Source of the DNA: an uncultured Chloroflexia bacterium
Lineage (GTDB): Bacteria; Chloroflexota; Limnocylindria; Limnocylindrales; CSP1-4
DNA length: 64,000 nucleotides
Assembly: GCA_963778955.1 (NCBI GenBank)
Contig: CAVZWI010000001.1
Span: 480,697 to 544,696 of the forward strand
Reading direction: 5' to 3'
Shown: piece by piece, positions 19,571-32,096 of the stretch
Layout of the letters: each line of letters begins with the position of its first letter
Numbering within the stretch: position 1 is the stretch's first letter
The notes under the pieces: model-generated
The model's database searches: none
Seen by the model: the letters and a program-made list of their open reading frames with translations, nothing else
Told to the model about the DNA's origin: nothing
Program-made: the position numbers and the translations under genes

Positions 19571-21255
19571 GCGCGACGAGGCCCACCGTGGTCTCGGTCC
19601 GTACACGCATCCGTGGCATGGTGGCTGACGCTTGGGCTCAGGCGACCGAGTCAGGGGCATTGCCAGACATCGATGCCGAGCTTCGACCCCATATCGAGAT
19701 CGAGAGACCATCCGACCCGGACCATGGCGACATGGCCGCGAACCTGGCCATGCGGCTGGCTCGACCGATGCGACGTTCACCGTTGCAGATCGCCGAGGTG
19801 CTGGCTGAGAACCTGCGCGCCGTGGCCGTCGGTACTGCGATGACGGAGGTGCAGGTGGCGCCGCCGGGCTTCATCAACCTGCGGCTCTCCCCAGCGTGGC
19901 TGGAGGGCGTGCTGGATGAGGCCCGCGAGGCCGGCGATGCCTTCGGCCGAGTCACGCAGGAGCGGCCGCTGCATCTTGACATCGAGTTCGTCTCGGCCAA
20001 CCCGACCGGCCCGCTCCACGTGGGCAACGCTCGCGGCGCCTTCGTCGGCGACCTCTTGACTCGCGTGCTCGAGGGCGGCGGCCACACCGTCACGCGTGAG
20101 TACTACTTCAACGATTCGGGTGCCCAGATCCGCAATCTCGGTGCCTCGGTGGTCGCACGCCGAACGGCCCAGGAGGTACCCGCGGACGGCTACCGTGGCG
20201 GCTACGTCGAGGACCTCGCCGCCGAGTTGCCAGATGACGTTTGGGCTGCGGCCACCGTGGACGGGGCGGACCGCGACGGGATCGTCGCCGGGTGGGCTCA
20301 GGAGCGCGTCCGCGCCGGGATCGAGGAGAGCCTGGCGCGCCTGGGTGTCCACTTCGACGTGTGGAAGAGCGAGGCCAGCCTGCATCGCGATGGCTGGGTC
20401 ACACGTGCCGTGGGACGGCTGGCGGCGGGTGGACACATCTTCGAGCAGGATGGCGCGACCTGGTTCCGCTCCACCACCTTCGGTGACGACAAGGACCGGG
20501 TGGTGTTCCGCTCCAATGGCGACCCGACCTACTTCGCCTCCGACATCGGCTATGTCAGCGAGAAGTTCAGTCGCGGCTTCGACAAGCTCATCTACATCTG
20601 GGGAGCCGATCACCACGGAACCGTCGCCCGCGTCCGCAATGCGGCTGAGGCGATGGGTTTCGACAAGGATGCCGTGGAGATGCTGCTCGTGGCCTGGGTC
20701 CGCTTCGTGCGCGACGGCGTCGAGGTCCCCATGAGTAAGCGCTCAGGCGAGTTCCTGACGCTCGATGAGTTGCTCGAGGAGATCGGCGTGGATGCGGCCC
20801 GCTGGTCGTTCGCCTCGCGTGCAGCGAGTTCACCCATCGATGTCGATATCGAACTGGTGCGCAGGCAGTCGTCGGAGAACCCGGTCTACTACGTGCAGTA
20901 CGCACATGCCCGGATCTGCTCGATCCTGGCCAAGGCAGCCGCTGCGGGCCTGTCACCCGCGCCGAGCTTCAGCGGAGTGCTCCAGGGTGATGAAGTGGCC
21001 AGCGGCTTGGCCCGCGAGGTGCTGCGCCTCCCCGAGGTGGTCGAGGATGGCGCCCGGGCCGAGGAGACGCACGGCATCACTGCCTACGCCATGGAATTGG
21101 CGACGACGTTCCACGCCTTCTATCGCGATCGCCGTGTGGTCGATCTTGACGATCCCGCGACCTCAGCCGGCCGACTGGCCCTCATGGGCGTGACGCGCAG
21201 TGCTATCCGCAACGCCTTGGCCTTGCTAGGCATCTCGGCTCCCGAATCCATGTAG
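19567..21255 (+). CDS. argS: arginine--tRNA ligase
   Basis: EFVSANPTGPLHVGNAR, EYYFND, WGADHHG, MSKRSG, NPVYYVQYAHARICS, LGISAPESM. Confidence 0.97.
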   Translation: MSATRPTVVSVRTRIRGMVADAWAQATESGALPDIDAELRPHIEIERPSDPDHGDMAANLAMRLARPMRRSPLQIAEVLAENLRAVAVGTAMTEVQVAPPGFINLRLSPAWLEGVLDEAREAGDAFGRVTQERPLHLDIEFVSANPTGPLHVGNARGAFVGDLLTRVLEGGGHTVTREYYFNDSGAQIRNLGASVVARRTAQEVPADGYRGGYVEDLAAELPDDVWAAATVDGADRDGIVAGWAQERVRAGIEESLARLGVHFDVWKSEASLHRDGWVTRAVGRLAAGGHIFEQDGATWFRSTTFGDDKDRVVFRSNGDPTYFASDIGYVSEKFSRGFDKLIYIWGADHHGTVARVRNAAEAMGFDKDAVEMLLVAWVRFVRDGVEVPMSKRSGEFLTLDELLEEIGVDAARWSFASRAASSPIDVDIELVRRQSSENPVYYVQYAHARICSILAKAAAAGLSPAPSFSGVLQGDEVASGLAREVLRLPEVVEDGARAEETHGITAYAMELATTFHAFYRDRRVVDLDDPATSAGRLALMGVTRSAIRNALALLGISAPESM

Positions 21256-21293
21256 TCGACACGACTGCGGGAGGCGGAGCGACCTCGAACGGC

Positions 21294-21320
21294 GAAGGCC
21301 GGGCTCAAGGCCCGGCCTTC
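21294..21320. terminator. stem-loop between convergent argS and the PASTA gene
   Basis: GAAGGCCGGGC-TCAAG-GCCCGGCCTTC. Confidence 0.75.
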
Positions 21321-21346
21321 ACGGCATCAGCTTGACCTGGGTCCAG

Positions 21347-24300
21347 CTATGGCGTCGAGATAGCGTCTCCGAGGCCAAGAGCCCCGGCCACCGAGCCAAG
21401 GGTGGCATCGTCGCTGGTCAACAGGACCAGCACCGGATTCGAGGCCCCGGAGGAGACGTCTGCTTCGAGGACAGCGTGCGCACCCGGCAGGTCCGCGACC
21501 GCGGCATCAGCCGCGCTCACGAACTCACCGACATCGCCGGTCTTGTCCCACGTGGTCTGCCAGACGATGGCCCAGGAACCATCGGGCCCATCCAGGCTGA
21601 CGAGGCGATCTCCGCCCCAACCCGCAGCGGCCTTGTCGTCGCCGAGCCAAACCGCGGTCCGGAGCTCGCCCATGGTCTGCTGCCACTGTTCGCTCCAGCC
21701 CTGGCCCAGCGTGTTGGCGAACCCATCCATGGCCAAGGTCGTGGGCGCGTCATCGGGATATCGCTTGGGATGCAGGATCTGCTCGGTCGTCGCGGGCAGC
21801 TGACCCCAAGCGCCGTTCACGGCGTCCCAGCCTCCCTTGTTGCGAAGGAAGTCGACGAAGGACTGGCCCTCGACGAAGGGGAATGTGTACTCACGCTGCA
21901 GCAACTGCGGCATGGACTTCAGGATGCCATCGTTGCCGGGGACGACGACGCCATCCACCTTGGCCTGATTGCCTGAGTTCACGTTCTGAGCGGACCACTC
22001 GAGCATCGTGGCTGTGCCATCACCTTGATCGAGCGCGCTAGCGGCGAGCACGGCATCGCCGTTCGTGGGGTCATCGACCACACCTGCGTCAGCGCCAAAC
22101 GCTTGGTGTACGGCGGCCTGACCGAACTCGCGAGCGGCCTCGGCGCGTTGCGGCAGGTTGAGCTTGTCGATGCTCTCGAGGACGGACTGGCGATCACTAG
22201 ACGGGAGGTAGGTGATGGGCAGATCCTGCCCATAGAGCTTGTCGAGGAGGGAGGCGAGGTCATCGTCGTTGCCGAGCAGCCCCATGCGCTTGAGGGCGTC
22301 TTCCTCCTGCGTCAGCGTGGATGATGGGTAGAGGTTGTCGGCGCCCTGCCTGAGTAAGTCCGCTTGCTCGGCAGAGTTGGCGCCGTCGTATGGGGTATTG
22401 CCCAGATCCAACTCGCGGATCGCGGGCACCGTGAAAGCGACCGCATCCAACTGGCCGGATACCTGCCCGTTATCCAGGGTACCGCCCTGGCCATGAGGCT
22501 CGATCACCGGGCCTAGCGACACGACATAGTCGACGGCGCTGCCCTTGTCCAGCTCTGTCCCCGCCGGTGGGTCCTGGCTGATCACGACCCCGGCTGCAGC
22601 CGCATCGTTGGCCTCAGAGCGTTCACCGGGCTTCAGGCCCTCGGCCGCGATCGCGTCAAGTGCCGCGGCCTCGTCGGAGCCGACGACGTCGGGCACGGTG
22701 ACCTGCTTGGGACCCTTGCTGACGATGAGCGTGACCTCGGAGCCGACCTCGACGGTCTCGCCCGCGGCGGGTTCGGTCTTGACCGCGTCACCCGCGGGGA
22801 CCTTGCCGTTGGTGCGTTCGTCGAGGGTGACGCTGAGGCCCTGGTCGGTGAGTGCGGTCTGGGCGTCGGCGGCCGGCTGGCCGGCCACGTCGGGGATGGT
22901 GACCGCGGGTGGGCCGGAGCTGACGGTGAGGGCCACGGTGCTGTTCTGGTCGACCGTGCTGTCGGCGCCCGGATCCTGGGAGAGGACGGTGCCGGCGGGG
23001 GCCTCGGCCTCGGCCTGGCTGACCTCGCCCGGCTTGAGCCCGGCGTCCTTGATGGCGGTCTTGGCCGCGGCCTCGTCGGAGCCGACGACGTCGGGCACGG
23101 TGACCTGCTTGGGACCCTTGCTGACGATGAGCGTGACCTCGGAGCCGACCTCGACGGTCTCGCCCGCGGCGGGTTCGGTCTTGACCGCGTCACCCGCGGG
23201 GACCTTGCCGTTGGTGCGTTCGTCGAGGGTGACGCTGAGGCCCTGGTCGGTGAGTGCGGTCTGGGCGTCGGCGGCCGGCTGGCCGGCCACGTCGGGGATG
23301 GTGACCGCGGGTGGGCCGGAGCTGACGGTGAGGGCCACGGTGCTGTTCTGGTCGACCGTGCTGTCGGCGCCCGGATCCTGGGAGAGGACGGTGCCGGCGG
23401 GGGCCTCGGCCTCGGCCTGGCTGACCTCGCCCGGCTTGAGCCCGGCGTCCTTGATGGCGGTCTTGGCCGCGGCCTCGTCGGAGCCGACGACGTCGGGCAC
23501 GGTGACCTGCTTGGGACCCTTGCTGACGATGAGCGTGACCTCGGAGCCGACCTCGACGGTCTCGCCCGCGGCGGGTTCGGTCTTGACCGCGTCACCCGCG
23601 GGGACCTTGCCGTTGGTGCGTTCGTCGAGGGTGACGCTGAGGCCCTGGTCGGTGAGTGCGGTCTGGGCGTCGGCGGCCGGCTGGCCGGCCACGTCGGGGA
23701 TGGTGACCGCGGGTGGGCCGGAGCTGACGGTGAGGGCCACGGTGCTGTTCTGGTCGACCGTGCTGTCGGCGCCCGGATCCTGGGAGAGGACGGTGCCGGC
23801 GGGGGCCTCGGCCTCGGCCTGGCTGACCTCGCCCGGCTTGAGCCCGGCGTCCTTGATGGCGGTCTTGGCCGCGGCCTCGTCGGAGCCGACGACGTCGGGC
23901 ACGGTGACCTGCTTGGGACCCTTGCTGACGATGAGCGTGACCTCGGAGCCGACCTCGACGGTCTCGCCCGCGGCGGGTTCGGTCTTGACCGCGTCACCCG
24001 CGGGGACCTTGCCGTTGGTGCGTTCGTCGAGGGTGACGCTGAGGCCCTGGTCGGTGAGTGCGGTCTGGGCGTCGGCGGCCGGCTGGCCGGCCACGTCGGG
24101 GATGGTGACCGCGGGTGGGCCGGAGCTGACGGTGAGGGCCACGGTGCTGTTCTGGTCGACCGTGCTGTCGGCGCCCGGATCCTGGGAGAGGACGGTGCCG
24201 GCGGGGGCCTCGGCCTCGGCCTGGCTGACCTCGCCCGGCTTGAGCCCGGCGTCCTTGATGGCGGTCTTGGCCGCGGCCTCGTCGGAGCCGACGACGTCGG

Positions 24301-27300
24301 GCACGGTGACCTGCTTGGGACCCTTGCTGACGATGAGCGTGACCTCGGAGCCGACCTCGACGGTCTCGCCCGCGGCGGGTTCGGTCTTGACCGCGTCACC
24401 CGCGGGGACCTTGCCGTTGGTGCGTTCGTCGAGGGTGACGCTGAGGCCCTGGTCGGTGAGTGCGGTCTGGGCGTCGGCGGCCGGCTGGCCGGCCACGTCG
24501 GGGATGGTGACCGCGGGTGGGCCGGAGCTGACGGTGAGGGCCACGGTGCTGTTCTGGTCGACCGTGCTGTCGGCGCCCGGATCCTGGGAGAGGACGGTGC
24601 CGGCGGGGGCCTCGGCCTCGGCCTGGCTGACCTCGCCCGGCTTGAGCCCGGCGTCCTTGATGGCGGTCTTGGCCGCGGCCTCGTCGGAGCCGACGACGTC
24701 GGGCACGGTGACCTGCTTGGGACCCTTGCTGACGATGAGCGTGACCTCGGAGCCGACCTCGACGGTCTCGCCCGCGGCGGGTTCGGTCTTGACCGCGTCA
24801 CCCGCGGGGACCTTGCCGTTGGTGCGTTCGTCGAGGGTGACGCTGAGGCCCTGGTCGGTGAGTGCGGTCTGGGCGTCGGCGGCCGGCTGGCCGGCCACGT
24901 CGGGGATGGTGCGCTGGTTCGATCCTGTCGACAGGATGAGCGTCACCGGTGACTCGAGAGGTACCTCTGAACCTGCCGCTGGTTCGGTCTTGATGGCGTT
25001 GCCAGCAGCGATCTTCTCGTTTGACTGCTCAACGGTGTCACCCACGGTCAGACCTGCGGTCTCGATAGCCGTCACGGCGTCGTTTTGCGGCAAGTCACGG
25101 ACATCAGGGACATCGGCGTTTGGCGTGACGCCGAGGCTCGTGACATAGGCGACCGCGGAGCCCAGGGGCACCTCGGTGCCGGCGGCCGGATCGGAGCCGA
25201 TGACGTCGCCCGCGGCGATGCTGTCGTGGTATTCGCTGGTGACGTCACCGGCCACGAGGCCGACGTCGGTGAGCTTCTGCTCGGCATCGGTGGCGGGGCC
25301 CGAGAGGTCGGGCACGGCCACGGTGGGCACGGGCACGGCCACCTGCAGGGTGACGGTGGCGCCGACCGCGAGCTGGCTGTCCGCGGCGGGGTCCTGGCCG
25401 ACGATGGTGTCGGGCGCGGCGGCGTCGGTCTCGACGTCCTGCGTCTCGAGCAGCAGGCCGGCCGTATCGGCGGCGTCCTGCGCCGCGGCCAGGGTCAGGC
25501 CGCTGAAGTCGGGCACGGCCACGGTCTCGACGCCGAGGCTCGTGACATAGGCGACCGCGGAGCCCAGGGGCACCTCGGTGCCGGCGGCCGGATCGGAGCC
25601 GATGACGTCGCCCGCGGCGATGCTGTCGTGGTATTCGCTGGTGACGTCACCGGCCACGAGGCCGACGTCGGTGAGCTTCTGCTCGGCATCGGTGGCGGGG
25701 CCCGAGAGGTCGGGCACGGCCACGGTGGGCACGGGCACGGCCACCTGCAGGGTGACGGTGGCGCCGACCGCGAGCTGGCTGTCCGCGGCGGGGTCCTGGC
25801 CGACGATGGTGTCGGGCGCGGCGGCGTCGGTCTCGACGTCCTGCGTCTCGAGCAGCAGGCCGGCCGTATCGGCGGCGTCCTGCGCCGCGGCCAGGGTCAG
25901 GCCGCTGAAGTCGGGCACGGCCACGGTCTCGACGCCGAGGCTCGTGACATAGGCGACCGCGGAGCCCAGGGGCACCTCGGTGCCGGCGGCCGGATCGGAG
26001 CCGATGACGTCGCCCGCGGCGATGCTGTCGTGGTATTCGCTGGTGACGTCACCGGCCACGAGGCCGACGTCGGTGAGCTTCTGCTCGGCATCGGTGGCGG
26101 GGCCCGAGAGGTCGGGCACGGCCACGGTGGGCACGGGCACGGCCACCTGCAGGGTGACGGTGGCGCCGACCGCGAGCTGGCTGTCCGCGGCGGGGTCCTG
26201 GCCGACGATGGTGTCGGGCGCGGCGGCGTCGGTCTCGACGTCCTGCGTCTCGAGCAGCAGGCCGGCCGTATCGGCGGCGTCCTGCGCCGCGGCCAGGGTC
26301 AGGCCGCTGAAGTCGGGCACGGCCACGGTCTCGACGCCGAGGCTCGTGACATAGGCGACCGCGGAGCCCAGGGGCACCTCGGTGCCGGCGGCCGGATCGG
26401 AGCCGATGACGTCGCCCGCGGCGATGCTGTCGTGGTATTCGCTGGTGACGTCACCGGCCACGAGGCCGACGTCGGTGAGCTTCTGCTCGGCATCGGTGGC
26501 GGGGCCCGAGAGGTCGGGCACGGCCACGGTGGGCACGGGCACGGCCACCTGCAGGGTGACGGTGGCGCCGACCGCGAGCTGGCTGTCCGCGGCGGGGTCC
26601 TGGCCGACGATGGTGTCGGGCGCGGCGGCGTCGGTCTCGACGTCCTGCGTCTCGAGCAGCAGGCCGGCCGTATCGGCGGCGTCCTGCGCCGCGGCCAGGG
26701 TCAGGCCGCTGAAGTCGGGCACGGCCACGGTCTCGACGCCGAGGCTCGTGACATAGGCGACCGCGGAGCCCAGGGGCACCTCGGTGCCGGCGGCCGGATC
26801 GGAGCCGATGACGTCGCCCGCGGCGATGCTGTCGTGGTATTCGCTGGTGACGTCACCGGCCACGAGGCCGACGTCGGTGAGCTTCTGCTCGGCATCGGTG
26901 GCGGGGCCCGAGAGGTCGGGCACGGCCACGGTGGGCACGGGCACGGCCACCTGCAGGGTGACGGTGGCGCCGACCGCGAGCTGGCTGTCCGCGGCGGGGT
27001 CCTGGCCGACGATGGTGTCGGGCGCGGCGGCGTCGGTCTCGACGTCCTGCGTCTCGAGCAGCAGGCCGGCCGTATCGGCGGCGTCCTGCGCCGCGGCCAG
27101 GGTCAGGCCGCTGAAGTCGGGCACGGCCACGGTCTCGACGCCGAGGCTCGTGACATAGGCGACCGCGGAGCCCAGGGGCACCTCGGTGCCGGCGGCCGGA
27201 TCGGAGCCGATGACGTCGCCCGCGGCGATGCTGTCGTGGTATTCGCTGGTGACGTCACCGGCCACGAGGCCGACGTCGGTGAGCTTCTGCTCGGCATCGG

Positions 27301-30300
27301 TGGCGGGGCCCGAGAGGTCGGGCACGGCCACGGTGGGCACGGGCACGGCCACCTGCAGGGTGACGGTGGCGCCGACCGCGAGCTGGCTGTCCGCGGCGGG
27401 GTCCTGGCCGACGATGGTGTCGGGCGCGGCGGCGTCGGTCTCGACGTCCTGCGTCTCGAGCAGCAGGCCGGCCGTATCGGCGGCGTCCTGCGCCGCGGCC
27501 AGGGTCAGGCCGCTGAAGTCGGGCACGGCCACGGTCTCGACGCCGAGGCTCGTGACATAGGCGACCGCGGAGCCCAGGGGCACCTCGGTGCCGGCGGCCG
27601 GATCGGAGCCGATGACGTCGCCCGCGGCGATGCTGTCGTGGTATTCGCTGGTGACGTCACCGGCCACGAGGCCGACGTCGGTGAGCTTCTGCTCGGCATC
27701 GGTGGCGGGGCCCGAGAGGTCGGGCACGGCCACGGTGGGCACGGGCACGGCCACCTGCAGGGTGACGGTGGCGCCGACCGCGAGCTGGCTGTCCGCGGCG
27801 GGGTCCTGGCCGACGATGGTGTCGGGCGCGGCGGCGTCGGTCTCGACGTCCTGCGTCTCGAGCAGCAGGCCGGCCGTATCGGCGGCGTCCTGCGCCGCGG
27901 CCAGGGTCAGGCCGCTGAAGTCGGGCACGGCCACGGTCTCGACGCCGAGGCTCGTGACATAGGCGACCGCGGAGCCCAGGGGCACCTCGGTGCCGGCGGC
28001 CGGATCGGAGCCGATGACGTCGCCCGCGGCGATGCTGTCGTGGTATTCGCTGGTGACGTCACCGGCCACGAGGCCGACGTCGGTGAGCTTCTGCTCGGCA
28101 TCGGTGGCGGGGCCCGAGAGGTCGGGCACGGCCACGGTGGGCACGGGCACGGCCACCTGCAGGGTGACGGTGGCGCCGACCGCGAGCTGGCTGTCCGCGG
28201 CGGGGTCCTGGCCGACGATGGTGTCGGGCGCGGCGGCGTCGGTCTCGACGTCCTGCGTCTCGAGCAGCAGGCCGGCCGTATCGGCGGCGTCCTGCGCCGC
28301 GGCCAGGGTCAGGCCGCTGAAGTCGGGCACGGCCACGGTCTCGACGCCGAGGCTCGTGACATAGGCGACCGCGGAGCCCAGGGGCACCTCGGTGCCGGCG
28401 GCCGGATCGGAGCCGATGACGTCGCCCGCGGCGATGCTGTCGTGGTATTCGCTGGTGACGTCACCGGCCACGAGGCCGACGTCGGTGAGCTTCTGCTCGG
28501 CATCGGTGGCGGGGCCCGAGAGGTCGGGCACGGCCACGGTGGGCACGGGCACGGCCACCTGCAGGGTGACGGTGGCGCCGACCGCGAGCTGGCTGTCCGC
28601 GGCGGGGTCCTGGCCGACGATGGTGTCGGGCGCGGCGGCGTCGGTCTCGACGTCCTGCGTCTCGAGCAGCAGGCCGGCCGTATCGGCGGCGTCCTGCGCC
28701 GCGGCCAGGGTCAGGCCGCTGAAGTCGGGCACGGCCACGGTCTCGACGCCGAGGCTCGTGACATAGGCGACCGCGGAGCCCAGGGGCACCTCGGTGCCGG
28801 CGGCCGGATCGGAGCCGATGACGTCGCCCGCGGCGATGCTGTCGTGGTATTCGCTGGTGACGTCACCGGCCACGAGGCCGACGTCGGTGAGCTTCTGCTC
28901 GGCATCGGTGGCGGGGCCCGAGAGGTCGGGCACGGCCACGGTGGGCACGGGCACGGCCACCTGCAGGGTGACGGTGGCGCCGACCGCGAGCTGGCTGTCC
29001 GCGGCGGGGTCCTGGCCGACGATGGTGTCGGGCGCGGCGGCGTCGGTCTCGACGTCCTGCGTCTCGAGCAGCAGGCCGGCCGTATCGGCGGCGTCCTGCG
29101 CCGCGGCCAGGGTCAGGCCGCTGAAGTCGGGCACGGCCACGGTCTCGACGCCGAGGCTCGTGACATAGGCGACCGCGGAGCCCAGGGGCACCTCGGTGCC
29201 GGCGGCCGGATCGGAGCCGATGACGTCGCCCGCGGCGATGCTGTCGTGGTATTCGCTGGTGACGTCACCGGCCACGAGGCCGACGTCGGTGAGCTTCTGC
29301 TCGGCATCGGTGGCGGGGCCCGAGAGGTCGGGCACGGCCACGGTGGGCACGGGCACGGCCACCTGCAGGGTGACGGTGGCGCCGACCGCGAGCTGGCTGT
29401 CCGCGGCGGGGTCCTGGCCGACGATGGTGTCGGGCGCGGCGGCGTCGGTCTCGACGTCCTGCGTCTCGAGCAGCAGGCCGGCCGTATCGGCGGCGTCCTG
29501 CGCCGCGGCCAGGGTCAGGCCGCTGAAGTCGGGCACGGCCACGGTCTCGACGCCGAGGCTCGTGACATAGGCGACCGCGGAGCCCAGGGGCACCTCGGTG
29601 CCGGCGGCCGGATCGGAGCCGATGACGTCGCCCGCGGCGATGCTGTCGTGGTATTCGCTGGTGACGTCACCGGCCACGAGGCCGACGTCGGTGAGCTTCT
29701 GCTCGGCATCGGTGGCGGGGCCCGAGAGGTCGGGCACGGCCACGGTGGGCACGGGCACGGCCACCTGCAGGGTGACGGTGGCGCCGACCGCGAGCTGGCT
29801 GTCCGCGGCGGGGTCCTGGCCGACGATGGTGTCGGGCGCGGCGGCGTCGGTCTCGACGTCCTGCGTCTCGAGCAGCAGGCCGGCCGTATCGGCGGCGTCC
29901 TGCGCCGCGGCCAGGGTCAGGCCGCTGAAGTCGGGCACGGCCACGGTCTCGACGCCGAGGCTCGTGACATAGGCGACCGCGGAGCCCAGGGGCACCTCGG
30001 TGCCGGCGGCCGGATCGGAGCCGATGACGTCGCCCGCGGCGATGCTGTCGTGGTATTCGCTGGTGACGTCACCGGCCACGAGGCCGACGTCGGTGAGCTT
30101 CTGCTCGGCATCGGTGGCGGGGCCCGAGAGGTCGGGCACGGCCACGGTGGGCACGGGCACGGCCACCTGCAGGGTGACGGTGGCGCCGACCGCGAGCTGG
30201 CTGTCCGCGGCGGGGTCCTGGCCGACGATGGTGTCGGGCGCGGCGGCGTCGGTCTCGACGTCCTGCGTCTCGAGCAGCAGGCCGGCCGTATCGGCGGCGT

Positions 30301-31956
30301 CCTGCGCCGCGGCCAGGGTCAGGCCGCTGAAGTCGGGCACGGCCACGGTCTCGACGCCGAGGCTCGTGACATAGGCGACCGCGGAGCCCAGGGGCACCTC
30401 GGTGCCGGCGGCCGGATCGGAGCTGAGGACATGGCCTGCGACGATGCTGTCATCGCTGGCTTCGGTGACATCACCCGGCACGAGGCCAGCGTCAGCGAGA
30501 GCACGCAGGGCGTCGGCCTCGGGCAGATCGACGAGATCGGGCACGGCCACCGGCTCGGGACCGAGCGAGAGGACATAGTCCACCGCGGAACCGGGATCGA
30601 CCTCGGCATCGGCCGCGGGATCGGAGCTGAGGACATGGCCTGCGACGATGCTGTCATCGCTGGCTTCGGTGACATCACCCGGCACGAGGCCAGCGTCAGC
30701 GAGAGCACGCAGGGCGTCGGCCTCGGGCAGATCGACGAGATCGGGCACGGCCACCGGCTCGGGACCGAGCGAGAGGACATAGTCCACCGCGGAACCGGGA
30801 TCGACCTCGGCATCGGCCGCGGGATCGGAGCTGAGGACATGGCCTGCGACGATGCTGTCATCGCTGGCTTCGGTGACATCACCCGGCACGAGGCCAGCGT
30901 CAGCGAGAGCACGCAGGGCGTCGGCCTCGGGCAGATCGACGAGATCGGGCACGGCCACCGGCTCGGGACCACGGCTCACGATGAGCGCGATCCTGCTGCC
31001 AGGCGCCAGCTCGGCATCCGCCTCTGGGTCGGTGCTCATGACGACACCGGCCATGACCGTGTCACTGGGCTCTTCGGTCGATCGATACCACCCTGAAGCC
31101 AGCGTCCCTGATGGCCTGGACGGCGGCGTCCTGCGAGAGTCCCACCAGGTCGGGCACTGGGTCAGTCGGAACAGCGGCCGCTACGGAGAGCTCGATCGTG
31201 GAACCAACGTCCACCGACTCGCCTGGTGGAGGATCCTGACCGATAACGGTGTCAGGCTCGACTTCGTCGGTCTCTACCTGAGTGACACGGATGACGAGTC
31301 CGGAGTCAGCGGCCGTCGTCTCCGCGTCCGCCAGCGTCCGGCCCTGGAAGTTGGGCGTGTCGACCGTAGCGATCGCAGATGGTTCGGCGCTGGGTACCTC
31401 GGTCATGACCGGTGATGGCGACGGGCTCGCATTCACATCGGTCGGTGAATCGAACGGTCGGAACAGGATGAGCACGATGGCCAATGCCACGATGAAGGCG
31501 CCCACGAGGATGCCGCCGACCAGCAGGACAGGCGTGCCCTCCTCGGGTGGCTCACCGCCATCAGCGGAAGGCGGGATGGGGGACTCGAGGGTCATCTCGG
31601 GCTTGGCGGCCAGTGCGGCCAGTGCGGCCTCAGTGGCCTCCGGGTCAGGCGCGACGGGCGTGGTCGTCCAGGCAGCTCCAGCAGCAGCGGCGTCAGCGGC
31701 CTCGGCTTCTGTCTCAGCCACGGTCCCCGCGACCGCCTCTTCCTCGGCCGCAGGCGCCTCCGCGTCCACCTCTGCATCCGCGCTCGCGTCGGGCCCAGCT
31801 TCCTCGCTGGGCTCAGCAGCCACGGCCTCGGCGCTCGACGAGGCCGCGGCTTCTGACTGCTCCGCGGCCGACTCGGCATCTTCAGGTTGGGGTGACGTCG
31901 AGGAGGCGTCTGTGGACGGTGTGGGGTCGCCGAGGATCCGGCTTCTGGTCAGTCAT
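21347..31956 (-). CDS. giant (~3,500 aa) single-TM protein with ~44 PASTA domains and a C-terminal degenerate metallopeptidase-like domain; frameshifts near 31935 and 31075
   Basis: ORFs 21347..31054 and 31062..31823 join (…AGFRVVSID|EEPSDTVMAGVVMSTDP…); start MTDQKPD at 31956; TM VLLVGGILVGAFIVALAIVLILF; repeated VPDxxGxxxxxAxxxLxxxGL...QDPxAG...VxLxVSxG. Confidence 0.88.
22662..24911. repeat. coding tandem array A: ~5.6 copies of a 402-bp unit (2 PASTA domains)
   Basis: Unit recurs at 22662, 23064, 23466, 23868, 24270 and 24672; no differences seen by eye. Confidence 0.95.
25127..30423. repeat. coding tandem array B: ~13.2 copies of a different 402-bp unit (2 PASTA domains)
   Basis: Identical 124-aa shadow ORFs every 402 bp from 25176 to 30000 (13 copies). 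Confidence 0.96.
30414..30970. repeat. coding tandem array C: ~2.7 copies of a 204-bp unit (1 PASTA domain)
   Basis: GGATCGGAGCTGAGGACATGG at 30414, 30618 and 30822. Confidence 0.93.
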
Positions 31957-32096
31957 GGCAGGCGGACCTTACGGGAGTGGGCCTCGTCATGCGAGTACCC
32001 CGACCGGTCCTTCTGGGCTGATACCGACGCAAGTGTCCGTTTCTTCATCGTCCGCCGCTCCTCGCTTCACTCGCCGGCGGCTCGAGATGTCAGTCG

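Noticed and set aside
22662-30970. Tandem arrays as CRISPR or satellite DNA
   Set aside because: Units are 204-402 bp, multiples of 3, without unique spacers, and encode PASTA domains; no cas genes are present.
25085-31096. 2003-aa + strand Gly/His-rich repetitive ORF (also 22545..25148 +, 22633..24801 - and the 124-aa/64-aa repeated ORFs)
   Set aside because: Antisense or off-frame shadows of the high-GC PASTA repeat gene; one stop-free unit repeated gives a long ORF automatically.
31062-31823. Separate small PASTA protein upstream of the giant ORF
   Set aside because: The break falls in the middle of a PASTA domain and the giant ORF lacks its own export signal; one frameshifted gene is more parsimonious.
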